A DNA stretch of 64,000 bases from Octopus sinensis (lineage: Eukaryota), in contig NW_021833041.1 in the NCBI RefSeq assembly GCF_006345805.1, forward strand, positions 62,001-126,000. Direction: 5' to 3'. Both the position numbers and the translations under genes were made by a program. This document shows, in pieces, positions 50,901-63,100 of this stretch (its first letter is position 1; each line of letters begins with the position of its first letter). The notes beneath the pieces are model-generated. The model saw only the letters and a program-made list of their open reading frames with translations, did no database searches and was not told where the DNA came from.

Positions 50901-53900
50901 AAATTAAAATTCATGAAGAAAATTACACAGAAATAACAAACTTCATTAAAAGACTTGTTTCGTTATCTAATAATGTATGAATTGTATTGAATTTTGTCTA
51001 GATTACTTATAGCGAATCACAAAATTTAGCTTGGAGATGTTTTTCATATACGCTTGAAAATGACGATTTATGCATTTGTCTTTTTCCGCTTTCTAACAAA
51101 GATTGGATAATATTTAAGTCGGGGCATCAAATGAATAGTTTTTTGTGATTTTATTCTTTCTAGAAAATTATTCATCAAAAATTTCAATCTTTGTATTTTA
51201 TTTTCAAATGAACAACTTTAATTTGAATTCTCCTGAAAGGTTTGGTCACTAATTTATCACCCTTTTAGAACTTTCTTACGAAAGAACGCTCGTAATCAAG
51301 GTAACGCCCAGTTTTCTGTTACTCTGACAGGGCTATTTCTTTACAAAATAATTCCGGAATACTTTAAAAACAGACATAATGAATCATTAATTATTTTAAG
51401 AAATGTTCTAAAAAACATCATAGAAGAATACATTAAGGTCTACATTCATGGTGAATCGTCATAAATTTATTCTTAGGAATTTATTTTTCTCTCCACATGA
51501 ATATTGGTGTTGACTCTGTTGATTTGAATCTTGCATTACTGGAATGCCCTCATAAAAAAATTGGGATCGATTTAGAGCCATTCATTTTGACCAGTTGCCA
51601 ACATTTTTCTTTCTTAATGTCTTCATATAGTACCGAGATGATTTCCATGCTATTTCAGTATTTACTTGATTCCGACTTATTGAAATCCAACAAACAGTGA
51701 TTATTATAACTAATTAAACGTAGATTATTAAAAAAGAATAAAAATTTTCACATTCCTTTTTCGATTTTCGAAACTCACTGTCATCGTAAACCAGAAATGG
51801 CATATTTAAACGAACATATAAAAACTATAATTTCTAGGTTTTTTAAACAGGTAGATATGCCTGATTTTAATCATCTTTTCTATCTTGTATTTATATTGCT
51901 GATTAATACTGAATAGAACAATGAGTCGCTTAGCGGCAGTGAACATATTTATACGACAAAATATCAATTTCCATTGTTCATCCAACTTAAATATTTTTCT
52001 TCCGTTTCTCAGGAAGCTGAGAGTATTCAATATGATTGTTTACATACTTGTCTATGTTGATTTATTTAATCTTATTTTAGCACCATTTTTCAGTAAACAG
52101 AAAAATAATATATCGCTTGACGACGTTAAAATTAGTCTTCAAATTCATATCTACAGCTGTGGAGGAAACATAAATGAATTTCAGGACGATGATAGTCATG
52201 GGTTGATTTATTTCATTCTAATATAGAAAAATACCGCAATCTGAAGATTTTTTTATAGGATTTCCAAAAAGTGTTTGCAATAAATTAATGTATCTTGACA
52301 ATGAAGTAATTAAATTTATACTTATTAGTTTCAGATAAATTTACTGCTTGCAGATGCTACCATCTGTAATCTTTTATCTTTATCTTTTACATCCCGTGCT
52401 TTACTCAACTATATCATTTCATTCATTACATCGAAGAGCAACAAAACCAACTGTCAGTTCAAAAGCATACCATTGCAATTTGCATGCGAACATGACTCTG
52501 GGATTTCATATCTTTTGAACGTTTCTTGAATTTAGAATATTCTAGAAATTACGGGAAATTCGGGTGAACAAAACTCTTACATGCGATTTTATCAATTTCA
52601 CCGGAAACCAGTTTTTTATTCATATTATTTTATAGATTTAAAGGGGATCAATTTTTACTTTCGGATTGCTGTTATTTTTCTTTATCGCAATCAAAAAGGC
52701 TGATATATTTTGGTAAAATTTTTAGGCACAAAAGTGTTTCATTATGCGATCCGCCTTCAAAATTCAATATTTCGGATGTATTGCGATGCAAAAGTTATTC
52801 TAATTTAACAAGTTTAAATTATATTAATCATAAATTTCAGCCGACAATTGTGGAGATAAACTCAATTCGTGGATATTTTTTGCATTATATAAGCAGAATA
52901 TAGTAATCTATTTTTATTACCAGTAATTGTATTTACAATAACCATTTAGAGAATATGGACCTAATATTCCGAATATGTTATCCCATCAATTCGAACTTTA
53001 TAAGGAATTGATAAAATGTATATATTTGGCAGTTCACGAAACCAATCAAGTATTGTATGGTTAGTTATCTCATAAGCATTGCTTATTGGAGAATTTGTCC
53101 ACCAGCGGGTGGTGCAGTGACCTCCTTTATATGAGCTCTTCAAACAAGGCAATTTCATAAATTTCTTTTTATTGTTTAGTATAATGACGGATTTTCCGAA
53201 AACATTGCATTCTTCAGATGTAAAAAGCAATTTTCCATAAAATTACGTTTTCCCCTATGCTTTCCAGAAATGATTACTTCTGATATTTTTTGCGAATTTT
53301 CTGTTAAGAATAGACCTTCAATGTATGTTATCGAGGATACTTCTGAATTGCATAAAAATGTTTTCTATCTAACGCTTTCTTTTAAAAAAAGTTATTTTGA
53401 TAAATAATTGCAGAGAAATCATTTGAGACTACCTCCAAAAATGTACGTAAAAATTATGTTGTGAATTTTTCTGACCAAGGAGATAATCTTTATGAAAAGT
53501 TTTTGGTAATGAGCTTTTTTGGAATTAATAAGCCTGGTTGAAATTATTGAAAAAGTTTAAGGATTAAATTTCCGAAAATCTTTTGCTCAATTTGTCAAAG
53601 ACCGAATCAATTCAATGTATACCAAAATGATATTAAAAGAATATCGAGCAGGAATTGTATCTACTGTTATAAAAGATCATCTATATGTTTATTATGTGTT
53701 GATAAAATTAGTTTCTTCGGCATTCTGGATCAAGGCCTTTAGTGAGTTTTTCCATTGTTCTTTCTACGGAAATTCACTATCTTTACGATTATATTCTTAA
53801 TTACTTTATCAGAATATGTATGGACAAGTCTTTTAGAGTGAGCAAAGTATGGCATTTTTTTATTTCTACAGGGAGAGTCAAATAATCTGTCCACGTCTTC

Positions 53901-56900
53901 TTCGAGCATAATTGATTATATTCACGTTAATGTAGACGATTTGAACAATTTTTGTGGTTAATTGTGATATTTAATTCAGGCATTTCCACACTAACAATTC
54001 AATGGAATCAAGATAAGTTTAGACCCTTCAGGATGCTTTTTGCAGATAACATTGAAAAACTCAAAATATCGACTAAATTTAATATTTCAAAAATCAGCGT
54101 ATCTCAATGTCCCAATAAAGGTTTTAATTTCAATTAATATTTTACAGATCTTATTTTTTCAGCTCTTTTGGATAGAATTGAATCATTCGTATCTGATGAT
54201 GGTATTAAATTGATGCTAATGTTAAGGATTTTCTATAAATATAAGTGTTTGGGAGTTCGAAGATGGAAATACGATTCATATCATACAAAAGATCAAATAT
54301 CTGATGACCAAATCGATTGTAGAATCAATTTTTGAAGTATTGCTACTTCCCGCCCTCGAAAACAGGAGATTTGAGTTTCTAAGTAATGAAGGAATTGGTT
54401 TTTCATTTTTATTTACCATAAAGAAATACAGCAAAAGTTAAACAAATCTGCACCTCGTCATTTTCAGGATAGATTTTTGGTTAACCTAGTTGTAACTACC
54501 GCAGAATACATTTGTTAGCAAAACCAATGCTCATTTGTATTTTACGGAATCGAATTTATCTAGCTCTTCGATTTCGCCGAATTTTGGATGTGATAAATTT
54601 AGAGATGATACTATTTTATCTACGTCTGTCAGTAATGTTGTCGATTGGCTTCGATTTTCGTCATTTCTCGGTTATTACATTTGTGTATAGATTTTAGATA
54701 TTCCACGTATAAAATCTTTTCGCGTCCAAGTACCTAATTCACTTTTTTCTTTTGAAATGTTTCGTGATTGTATCAAATTTCTCGATACTTTACTTGAATC
54801 GTTTCTAACTATTGACTGTTACCAAAAATTTTACCACGACTACGAGAAAATCTCGGATTTAGTATTTTCACGCTTATTAAATTATAGGAAAATTATTATG
54901 CCTGTGATGTTTCGACTACTTTTTTTGCACTCTTCAAGCCGCGTGAAAATTTAACACCTTTTGAGCAATTTCCCGATCCTGCTAATTTGAATAGAAAGTT
55001 TGTTTTCAATGAATATCTTGAATATCGTTTTGGTGATAAAAATGAATCTTTTAGTACATATAAAATAATTGTTCACACGTGTTCTAAGGAGGTTCCTAAA
55101 TTTTGTTAAAATATTTAGCTTAATTTATATGTTTTATCAAATGTTTCGAATATAATTGGGCGTATAAGAGAATCCATTGAAAAGTTGAATTCTTTTTTCT
55201 TCGCTAAAAGTTGTTTTTTGGAACTTATGACAAAATGTAAATTGGGGTCACATTTGAATCAAGAAGAGGTGGGTTTATTTGGTTCACGTATATTTAGTCC
55301 GTTTACAGTAAGGCACTCGAATCACTTTCACTACCTTTTGATCGTACCATATATGAGTCGATAAAAACTTTTGATTATCATTCAGAGGATATAAATATTT
55401 CCAGTTTGTACGAACGAACATCATTAATCCACATTAATAACACCAAAAGTTTATATTTTATATTTATATTAGAAACGACAAAGAATTGTATAATCAATCA
55501 ATGCTATACCTCTGTGGCGATGCAAAGTGAAAATGACTTCTATAGATTCGATAAAGTAGTGCTATGCCACATATAATATAGATAGAATTCGATAAATTAA
55601 TGATGTCGTCACATTTGTATGCCAATTCTGGAGTTCCAATGCTTATTTCTAAAAATAACAATTATTCTCGCCTGTCATCTGATGATTCTCAATCTTGTGC
55701 TAGTCCAAGGAAGGACGTTTATTATATAATTAAATTTTTAGTTTCGTTTTGGAAGTTTTAGTAGAAAAAGTATAAATTGCAATTTAAACTTTCATCGCGA
55801 TTTACCATCATTAATATGTTTTGTTCGTCACCTGAAAATTGAAATTTTTAGATATTTGTTTCAATTTGATTTTAGACCAATTGAATTCAAAAAGTGTATT
55901 ATTTTTAACACGTTTTAGTGATGAGAATTCAGACAGTTTATATTCATCTACTTTTATATGCTATTTTAAAGCACTTGGACTTGTTATATTCAAATATATT
56001 ATCCAGAATAATTTTTTGAGCTGTTTTTTATATTTTTATATCCCATCAATTTCTGGGTCTATTCTCCCTATTTATGGTACTAAATTATTCAAATCCATTT
56101 TTAGGCCAGTGTGTTAAGATTTGGAAAATGCTTAACATTGATAAATTTATTATAGATTTTACTTGTCATTGCGTTAAACAGTCAATATATATAAATTTGT
56201 CTGGATGTCGTGGATTTCTATGTAGACTCTGTTCTTTAGACCCATTTTTGTTAATTTCTGAACTATCTGTTCTCTTTGGCAAAAATAAACCTAAAAAAAT
56301 TGGATTTCGCTCAAGTTTTGATTGTTTAATTATAATCCTAGGAGAATTTACAATTTCTGATATTCCAATCCCCTCTCTTTTTTTAGAACAATTTCTTGTT
56401 TCTGAATGTATTAACTTCGAAATTCATCTTCTCAACTCTGGCGAAGATTTTACCAATTTTGTTTATAATCCATCACATAAAGAAGAAAATTTGGAAATTT
56501 TTTGTATTATTCGGCTGAAGATAACTGATCCACATTTTTTTAAATATGAAACTTTTGTATTTACGACTAATACTAAACTCTTCTCCGATGTTTCATGTTT
56601 TGGGTCTGATTTAAAATCTACTAAAATTCCGGAAGTTCTTGAAAGACCTGAAATTTTAAATATTCGAAGTTTTAATCATTCTATTTTCTCATCAGATTCT
56701 CAAAGTACGGAAGACAAAACTTTGTTTGCGAACTCTTTTCATAACATTTTTAGAAACTTTGTTCAGAACCTTATTTATGATATATCCCTAATGTGCTACA
56801 ATAAATATATGTGGAAATCAGTTTTTTACAGCAATGACATTATGTGTCTCGGAATGAATCAGAGAATAAAAATGATTTTGAACGATTGTGTAAGTTTCTT

Positions 56901-57386
56901 ATATTTATCTGAAAATTAGAAATTATCCAAATCTGGATATGATTTATTTTCATTTTTTCTAACTAACCTCACCCAAATACATTCATGTGGGTCTGTGGGT
57001 CTACTATCACCCGCAACTTTTAGATCATCTCATGTTGAAAAATTATTCAAAATTTTAACTAGAAAATTTGGACATAGATTTTGTCTTTCGTTTAATTTTG
57101 ATGGGCCAAAAAAATTCAAAGTATTTTAAAGGAATTCTAAAAAATGTTTTAGATCATTTTAAGTCCATATTCCCCTACTCATTTTGCTTTGATTATCGAA
57201 TATCACACTAATCCTGTTTCAAAAGCTGTAAATAATATTTATTTGTATTTTTAGCAAATTTATGGCGCAACGTTTGATGATGTGGGCCGAACGTCTGCCG
57301 ATACTGTGTTAAGTAATAAGGAGTTTATCCTCACTTTTGTTCATCAGTTCGCATTTTCCTGTTATTATTTAATGACTATCAGTTAA
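47990..57386 (+). CDS. SZT2: Large, highly divergent SZT2-like protein (KICSTOR scaffold) with many mini-introns; exact start uncertain
   Basis: NNSTNELIHDILFKLLERVVESIVHP (cf. recalled [26 protein letters not shown]); FIFITDGV...CSFVTID...FFEFIARRTFGS (cf. IIVITDGV...CSFVQVG...MKFIAMATFGS); IRCRRGF...FEVEY. Continuous exon/mini-intron pattern to stop at 57384-57386. Confidence 0.65.
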
Positions 57387-57491
57387 ATTTTATTATGAAT
57401 AAAAAACAGTTAATTATTTATTTAAGATAATATTAAAAATATAAATAACATGTTATTTGATAATACTTTTTAATTTGTTGTGACGGCTATT

Positions 57492-60400
57492 ATGGATTCT
57501 TCAGGTAAATACTTACTATTTGTTATACTAATGCAGATTTTGACGAAGAATTTAATTTTTTACCTAGAAATAAAAATCAGACAAAGGAACAGGCAATATA
57601 TGGTTTTTAATACAGGCTTATTGACTAATAGGAATATGGGCCGATGACGAGGTCGAAAGGCCTCAGAGAAAGTCACATGTAAAGTATTCTGGATTTGTCA
57701 AGGGTGGCGTTACGGAAAAGGTTGAATTTACTTAATTAAATGTTTAAAGATATCTTTTAATAGGAATGTTTTCAATAATGATAAAAAAACATCAAAAGTT
57801 ATCCAAGCAGACAAGTTTGAAGTTTTTCGAACTTTTAATTAAAATAGTCAATTTGGGAAATGGGAGCGTCACACTAAAGGAATTGGAATGAAACTCCTTT
57901 TAAAAGTTTTATAAATATTAGCAATTCATCAGCAAGGTTTTAAACTTGGGGAAGGATTGGGACAGTCTAGAAAAGGAATCGCTACCCCAATTATTGCTGT
58001 TAAAAAAGATGGAAAAGACAGTGTGGGGTTTAGGCAGACCGTACATACGGATACTGTTACAATTAGGCACATTTTTTGCCTAAATGCCTTTTTGCACAAA
58101 AGGTCTATTATTAAATAATTAATTTAAGCTATAATTTAATTAAAATAGATTTATCTACAACGAGTTATAATGCCTTAAATGCTTAAAAAATTGTTAAGGT
58201 CCTAAAAAATTTTTTAAGGTCCTAAAAATTTTTTTAAGGTCTTAAAAATTTTTAAAATAAATTATTTTTAAATGTTACAAAAAATATTTTAAAATAACAA
58301 ATTAGGCACGCTATAAATTACTTTTTGTGTTCAAATGCCACGTGTACGTTCTACATAAAGTCTAAAGCTCTAAAAGCCTATGAAACTTACGTAAAAGAAT
58401 TCACAGTGATTAAAGGCAGTCTATATTGTAAAATATGTATGATCTACGTCAATGCATCAAAAAAATATTATATTGATCAGCATAGACAATCTACAAAACA
58501 TCTAAAGCTTTGAGTAATTTAAAATTATTTTTTTAGATAACAATGAAGGATTCCAACAATCCTTAGATTCCCTATTCAACGGTCAAACCGAAACGGAAGA
58601 CTTTCAGAGTATGCCGATGGAAGTTGCCAAAGCCTTTTCTGAAGCAAACATTCCTCTTCATAAGCTCAATAATCCAAGCTTAAAGGGATTGTTTAAAATT
58701 GAAATTTCGCTTCCTTCCCAGTCAGCCTGTCGCAATTGTATTCCTGCAATCAGTGAACAAAATTATCCAAGTATAAAAGTGATCTAAGGTTAACAAATGA
58801 TTAATTTTTAGATCTCAAAGATTTTTATGGTTGTTGACGAGGGTGACGTAAATGGACAGAAGTTTGTAGTTGTTCTCATTGGGAATATCGCTTATCCAGA
58901 GAAGACCTATTTAATTCGTGTGAACCTTATATGAATCTGTAACTGCTAACACAATTCTTCAGATTATCGATGAAGAGATTAAAAAATTCGAGATTATACG
59001 CAATAATTTTCTTCTTTTTCTTTCTGATGCAGCCCGTATATGATTTGGGGGTTTGTTGAATTATTTTTAGCCGGAAAAAAATTGAAAATGCTTTATCCTA
59101 GGATGTTCCATGAACATGTGTGCACATTTGTTACATAATTTGCTGTCTCAGAGTAAAGGCGTATTATTCGGACGTTGATAATCTTATTGCGACTATAAAG
59201 ACATCAATAGTGAAAAACAAAACTAGAAAAAAAATGTTTTCTACAATTGGTTATCCGCCCGACGTCATCATAACTAGATGGGGGTAGTTGGCTGCAAGCA
59301 GCATACTATTATGCAAATAATTTTGTATCAATTGCTGAAATTGTGGAGAATTTCAAAGACGACGGAATATTAGTTAAAAAAGTAAAACAAGCAATTGAAT
59401 CGCCAACCTTAAGAAAAAGTCTAATGGAAATAAATGAAAATTATCAGATACTTAATCAAATATTGAAAAAAATGGAATCCACAAGTTATACAATAAATGA
59501 TGCACATTCAGATCTTTGTTTGTTAAAATTTCCGTCTGATAATGCAGAAATAAATGAATACATACAAAAAAGATTACACAAAAATGACATAGAATCAATT
59601 ATAGAAATGGAGAAAGTAATATCTCCCCTGAAGAATATGGACTAATAAGAAAATGTCAGTGTACATCATCAACCGTTGAAAGAGCATTTTCTATGCTTAA
59701 AAAATTAATTACTAAAGATAGAGGTTTCAATGCGGAAAATGTCAAAAATTATTTAATACCTTACTATAACAAATAATTTTTTACGACTTTTTGATTTAAT
59801 ACCTTATTAAAATGTGCCTAAAAATGTAGAATAAAGTCCTAAAAATTAAAAATAAAGTCCTAAAATGCCTATTTTTAAGGTCCTAAAAATAAATTTTAAG
59901 TGCCTGAAAAAAATTGCCCTAGTTACAATAAATCAACAGGATCATTCTGTTGATAAAAAACCAATAATTAAGAAGAAGTGGAAAAAAAATTCATCCACAG
60001 TTCAAAATTTGATATCTACGGAAGAACTAATAAAGAAAACACTCAAAAATGAAGATTCGAATAAACATTATTTAGCACAATATGACAGCAAGGTGATCGA
60101 TTTGACTGGAGCTGAAGCAAAGATATATTCGGGTAATTTGTGTACTTTCCAGTTCAGATTATCGTTTTTTTAGCAGGAAGTCTGAGGTTACTGAAACTCC
60201 GTCTTTTTCCGTAAACGAATTAGCCCATAATTTGAATTTGTTGGTCGAAATTTCTGAAAATGAGATTCTGGAAAACGAAAAAGCGTAATTCAAACAGCAA
60301 GCTTAAATTGTTAGAATACAAAAAGAGACTGAAACTATATTTGATTTGAAATTTCAAGTTGAGCAGATAAATAACCAGGAAGATAAAGACAGAGTAGAGA

Positions 60401-61931
60401 TCAGTTCATTGGACAGTGTGCTTCTTTTGATTGATGAATGCATTATCCGACAGGAGAATGGTACAATGTCGGCAGCATTTCTCCATGAAATATTTAAATC
60501 GATTATTATTGTCCAACCAACTCTCTTTATTGAACTTGGATTGTCTAATCTGGCAACATCGTTTCTACGGCCTCTTGTATTTTTTAAACACAATTTTTGT
60601 CAGTTCGAGGAGGAATTTCAAGATGAACCGTTTCTTGAGAATCCCTCTATGGGAATAGGTTTTATGCGTTATTGGAGAAGAGTTTTGTTGAGTGAGGAGA
60701 TGCGCAAAGCATTGGAAACACTTCCAGGATTTTTATCCCCAGAAAATCGTCTATGGAGTCCATATGATAGACTTATGTGGGATTTGTGGATGCAACGAGT
60801 TCAGATTGTTGTAAGGGATGAGTGGAATCCTCGAGAACCAGACAAACTAATGCTTTTCTTAGATATTTGGCGACCTGTTACTTCTGTTTGGATGTTTAGG
60901 CATCTTATAGAAAAAATAGTGTTCCCAAAAGTCAAGGAAGAAGTGAAAAACTGGTCTCCTTTAGCTGATTCTAAATTCCACTTTACGCTCATTCCCTGGT
61001 TCACATTATTTGGTACTTTAATTCATCCCTTATTTGTAGAATCGGAACTTTTATTGCTTTATGAATTGATCATTGAAAAAATTGAGGATTCCCTTTCTAC
61101 TTGGTATCCAACTGATACCTCTGCGCATTGTGTGCTACTTCCGTGGGTTTCGATTATTCCCAACGCAATTTTGGAAACTTTTCTTATTAGAAAAATACTT
61201 CCCAAACTGTCTGTGTATATGAAAAACTCGTTTATTATCGATCCACGTGATCAGAAACTTGGTTTTTTATTGTTGGTTATTTTTCTAGATGTTTGGTCTG
61301 CATTTATAATTTGGCATGATATTGTGCCACAACATCACATGGTTCAGTTAATTGATGAACTTTTTTTTCCTGTATTTATGTATGTTTTGGAAGATTGGCT
61401 GCGAGGTGCCCCTGATTATTCCGAGATTAATAAATGGTATTTTGGCTGGAAATCAATGTTTCCTCCAAAATATCTTCACGACGACGTTTTAAAAGGTTTT
61501 AATTTTTTATTATATAAGATAAATTTCGCGAATCTTTGTCAATGATGGAATGTGCATTTACGGCGACACAAGATGGTTCATTTAATAGTAATTCTTTTAA
61601 ACGCACTTCCCAGAATTTGGTTTGGTACCTGTTTTATAATATTAGGATTCGATGATGTCTTTTAATGCGAGTCCAGCACTATCTCCTATAGCTCCTAATA
61701 CATTCAAAGATTTGGTCGCTCAGAAAGTAAATGTTTCTAATTGTTTTGTAGGCTGCAGATAATGGAATTGAGTTTTATCCAATTGCATCAAAATTTATTT
61801 CTGGAAAGCAAGTTTATCGATTTGGAAGCGGACAAATATATGTGGATAAAAATATAGTTTATATTTTTATCAATGGAAGCTGGTTGCCTGAATCACTTCA
61901 CAACATTATATCTCGTCGCTTATATGTGTGA
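57492..61931 (+). CDS. TFIP11: Tuftelin-interacting protein 11 (Ntr1/Spp382 spliceosome disassembly factor), interrupted by a hAT insertion at 58064-59921
   Basis: QTKEQAIYGIWADD; G-patch WERHTKGIGMKLLLK|QGFKLGEGLG; KVIDLTGAEAKIYS; ELAHNLNLLVE; GCFC/NTR domain (ORF 60346-61545); C-terminal FKDLVAQK...GKQVYRFG...YVDK...WLPESL. Confidence 0.92.
58064..59921 (+). mobile_element. hAT transposon with CGGBP1-like transposase (1858 bp)
   Basis: TAGG..-type imperfect TIRs. Perfect 8-bp TSD GTTACAAT (58056-58063, 59922-59929). GTCCTAAAA subterminal repeats at both ends. BED finger LYCKIC...QHRQSTKH, LSDAA, ITRWG, C-terminal CTSSTVERAFS. Confidence 0.9.
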
Positions 61932-62419
61932 CATTTATAAATTTAAGTATTTTATTATTTTAAACTAGCTCGGCAGCTCGCTTCGCTCACCGCGACCTAG
62001 CTCCTGCGGAGGGCCTGTTTCATCAAACAACTATAAGTTTATGTAGATGTATAAAACTACCTGGTTTAATGTAACCTATTCTATCGCCTGTTGATAAACG
62101 ATGTTTGTCGTCCGTCCTTCCTTGGCATATATGAATAAATTTTCTCTTCTGCCTACCCTCGAGCATCCCCATACAGCTGTCCATGTGAAAAGCACTCACT
62201 CTCTAAAAATAACCCAACTACCTTTAATGACTGTCCCTGGCCTTGTTTATTGTCATTGCAAAACTCATCCTCAAAGGAAATTGCAGCCTTTTAATCTAAA
62301 TGGTAATTCATCAGAAATTATCGGAATTCGTGGATATAAACATCCTCACCTCAATACTTACCTGTTAATATCGTCGCCTCTATTACGTTAGCCATCTTTC
62401 TTCAGCTTCATTTTTCTCC

Positions 62420-62630
62420 TTCGGTTATCTATTTAAAAATTATTTTTGAATAATAAAAAATATTAGGAAAAGAGGCATACAGAAAATAAATTCTATCTTT
62501 ACGAAAACTCTTTTCTTCTCTTAAGGTCGTCTTCCCTCTTTCGGTTATCTATTGAAAAAATTATTTTTGAATAATAAAAAAATTTAGGAAAAGAGGCATA
62601 CCGAAAATAAATTCTATCTTCACGAAAAAC
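62420..62630. repeat. Direct duplication of a ~90-bp unit, 120-bp period
   Basis: TTCGGTTATCTATT...AGGAAAAGAGGCATAC...ACGAAAA at 62420 and 62540. Confidence 0.9.
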
Positions 62631-62676
62631 TTAACTAAATAGCTAATATTTTTACGCAAATTCTTCTGATTGCGCT

Positions 62677-62880
62677 GTCAATTGGTGGTAAATTGTGTTA
62701 ATGATTGTGCTAATGTGGTTTCAACTATCAAAGTGTTTTTCAAATCAGTTAATTGCACACTCTATTCAAGGTCGTGCGTCAATTGGTGGTAAATTGTGTT
62801 AATGATTGTGCTAATGTGGTTTTAACTATCAAAGTGGTTTTTCAAAATCTGTTAATTGCACACTCTATTCAAAGTCGTGC
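62677..62880. repeat. Tandem duplication of a 101-bp unit
   Basis: GTCAATTGGTGGTAAATTGTG...CTCTATTCAA(G/A)GTCGTGC at 62677 and 62778. Confidence 0.92.
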
Positions 62881-63100
62881 AATCTGTGATTGCACATTCT
62901 GTCAAAGTCAATATGATAATAGCTTTAATATTGATTCATGGTCGATAATGATATATGCATTTAATTTTAAAGAGAAAACATAGGATGAATTGAATTTCTT
63001 TATCGCGAATAATTGGGAGTTCATCATTGTTAATATTCTCGCTGTCGTTTTCATCAAGGATATTCTTAATACGTGAGATTTTTGCCTTGAAGGTTTTAAT

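Larger units (their letters stand above)
61965..63100 (-). mobile_element. Helitron 3' end with PIF1 helicase C-terminal remnant
   Basis: 62395-62076 (minus, frameshifted): NVIEATILTGK...PRIP...LQFP...FAMTINKAQGQSLKVVG...FSHGQLY...SRVG. Terminal CTAG at 61968-61965 is followed by T and preceded by a GC-rich hairpin region containing GCGAAGC. Confidence 0.82.

Noticed and set aside
62354-62364. U1 snRNA 5' end-like ATACTTACCTG
   Set aside because: It is the reverse complement of Helitron helicase codons (TGK|Y region), and no U1 stem-loops or Sm site follow.
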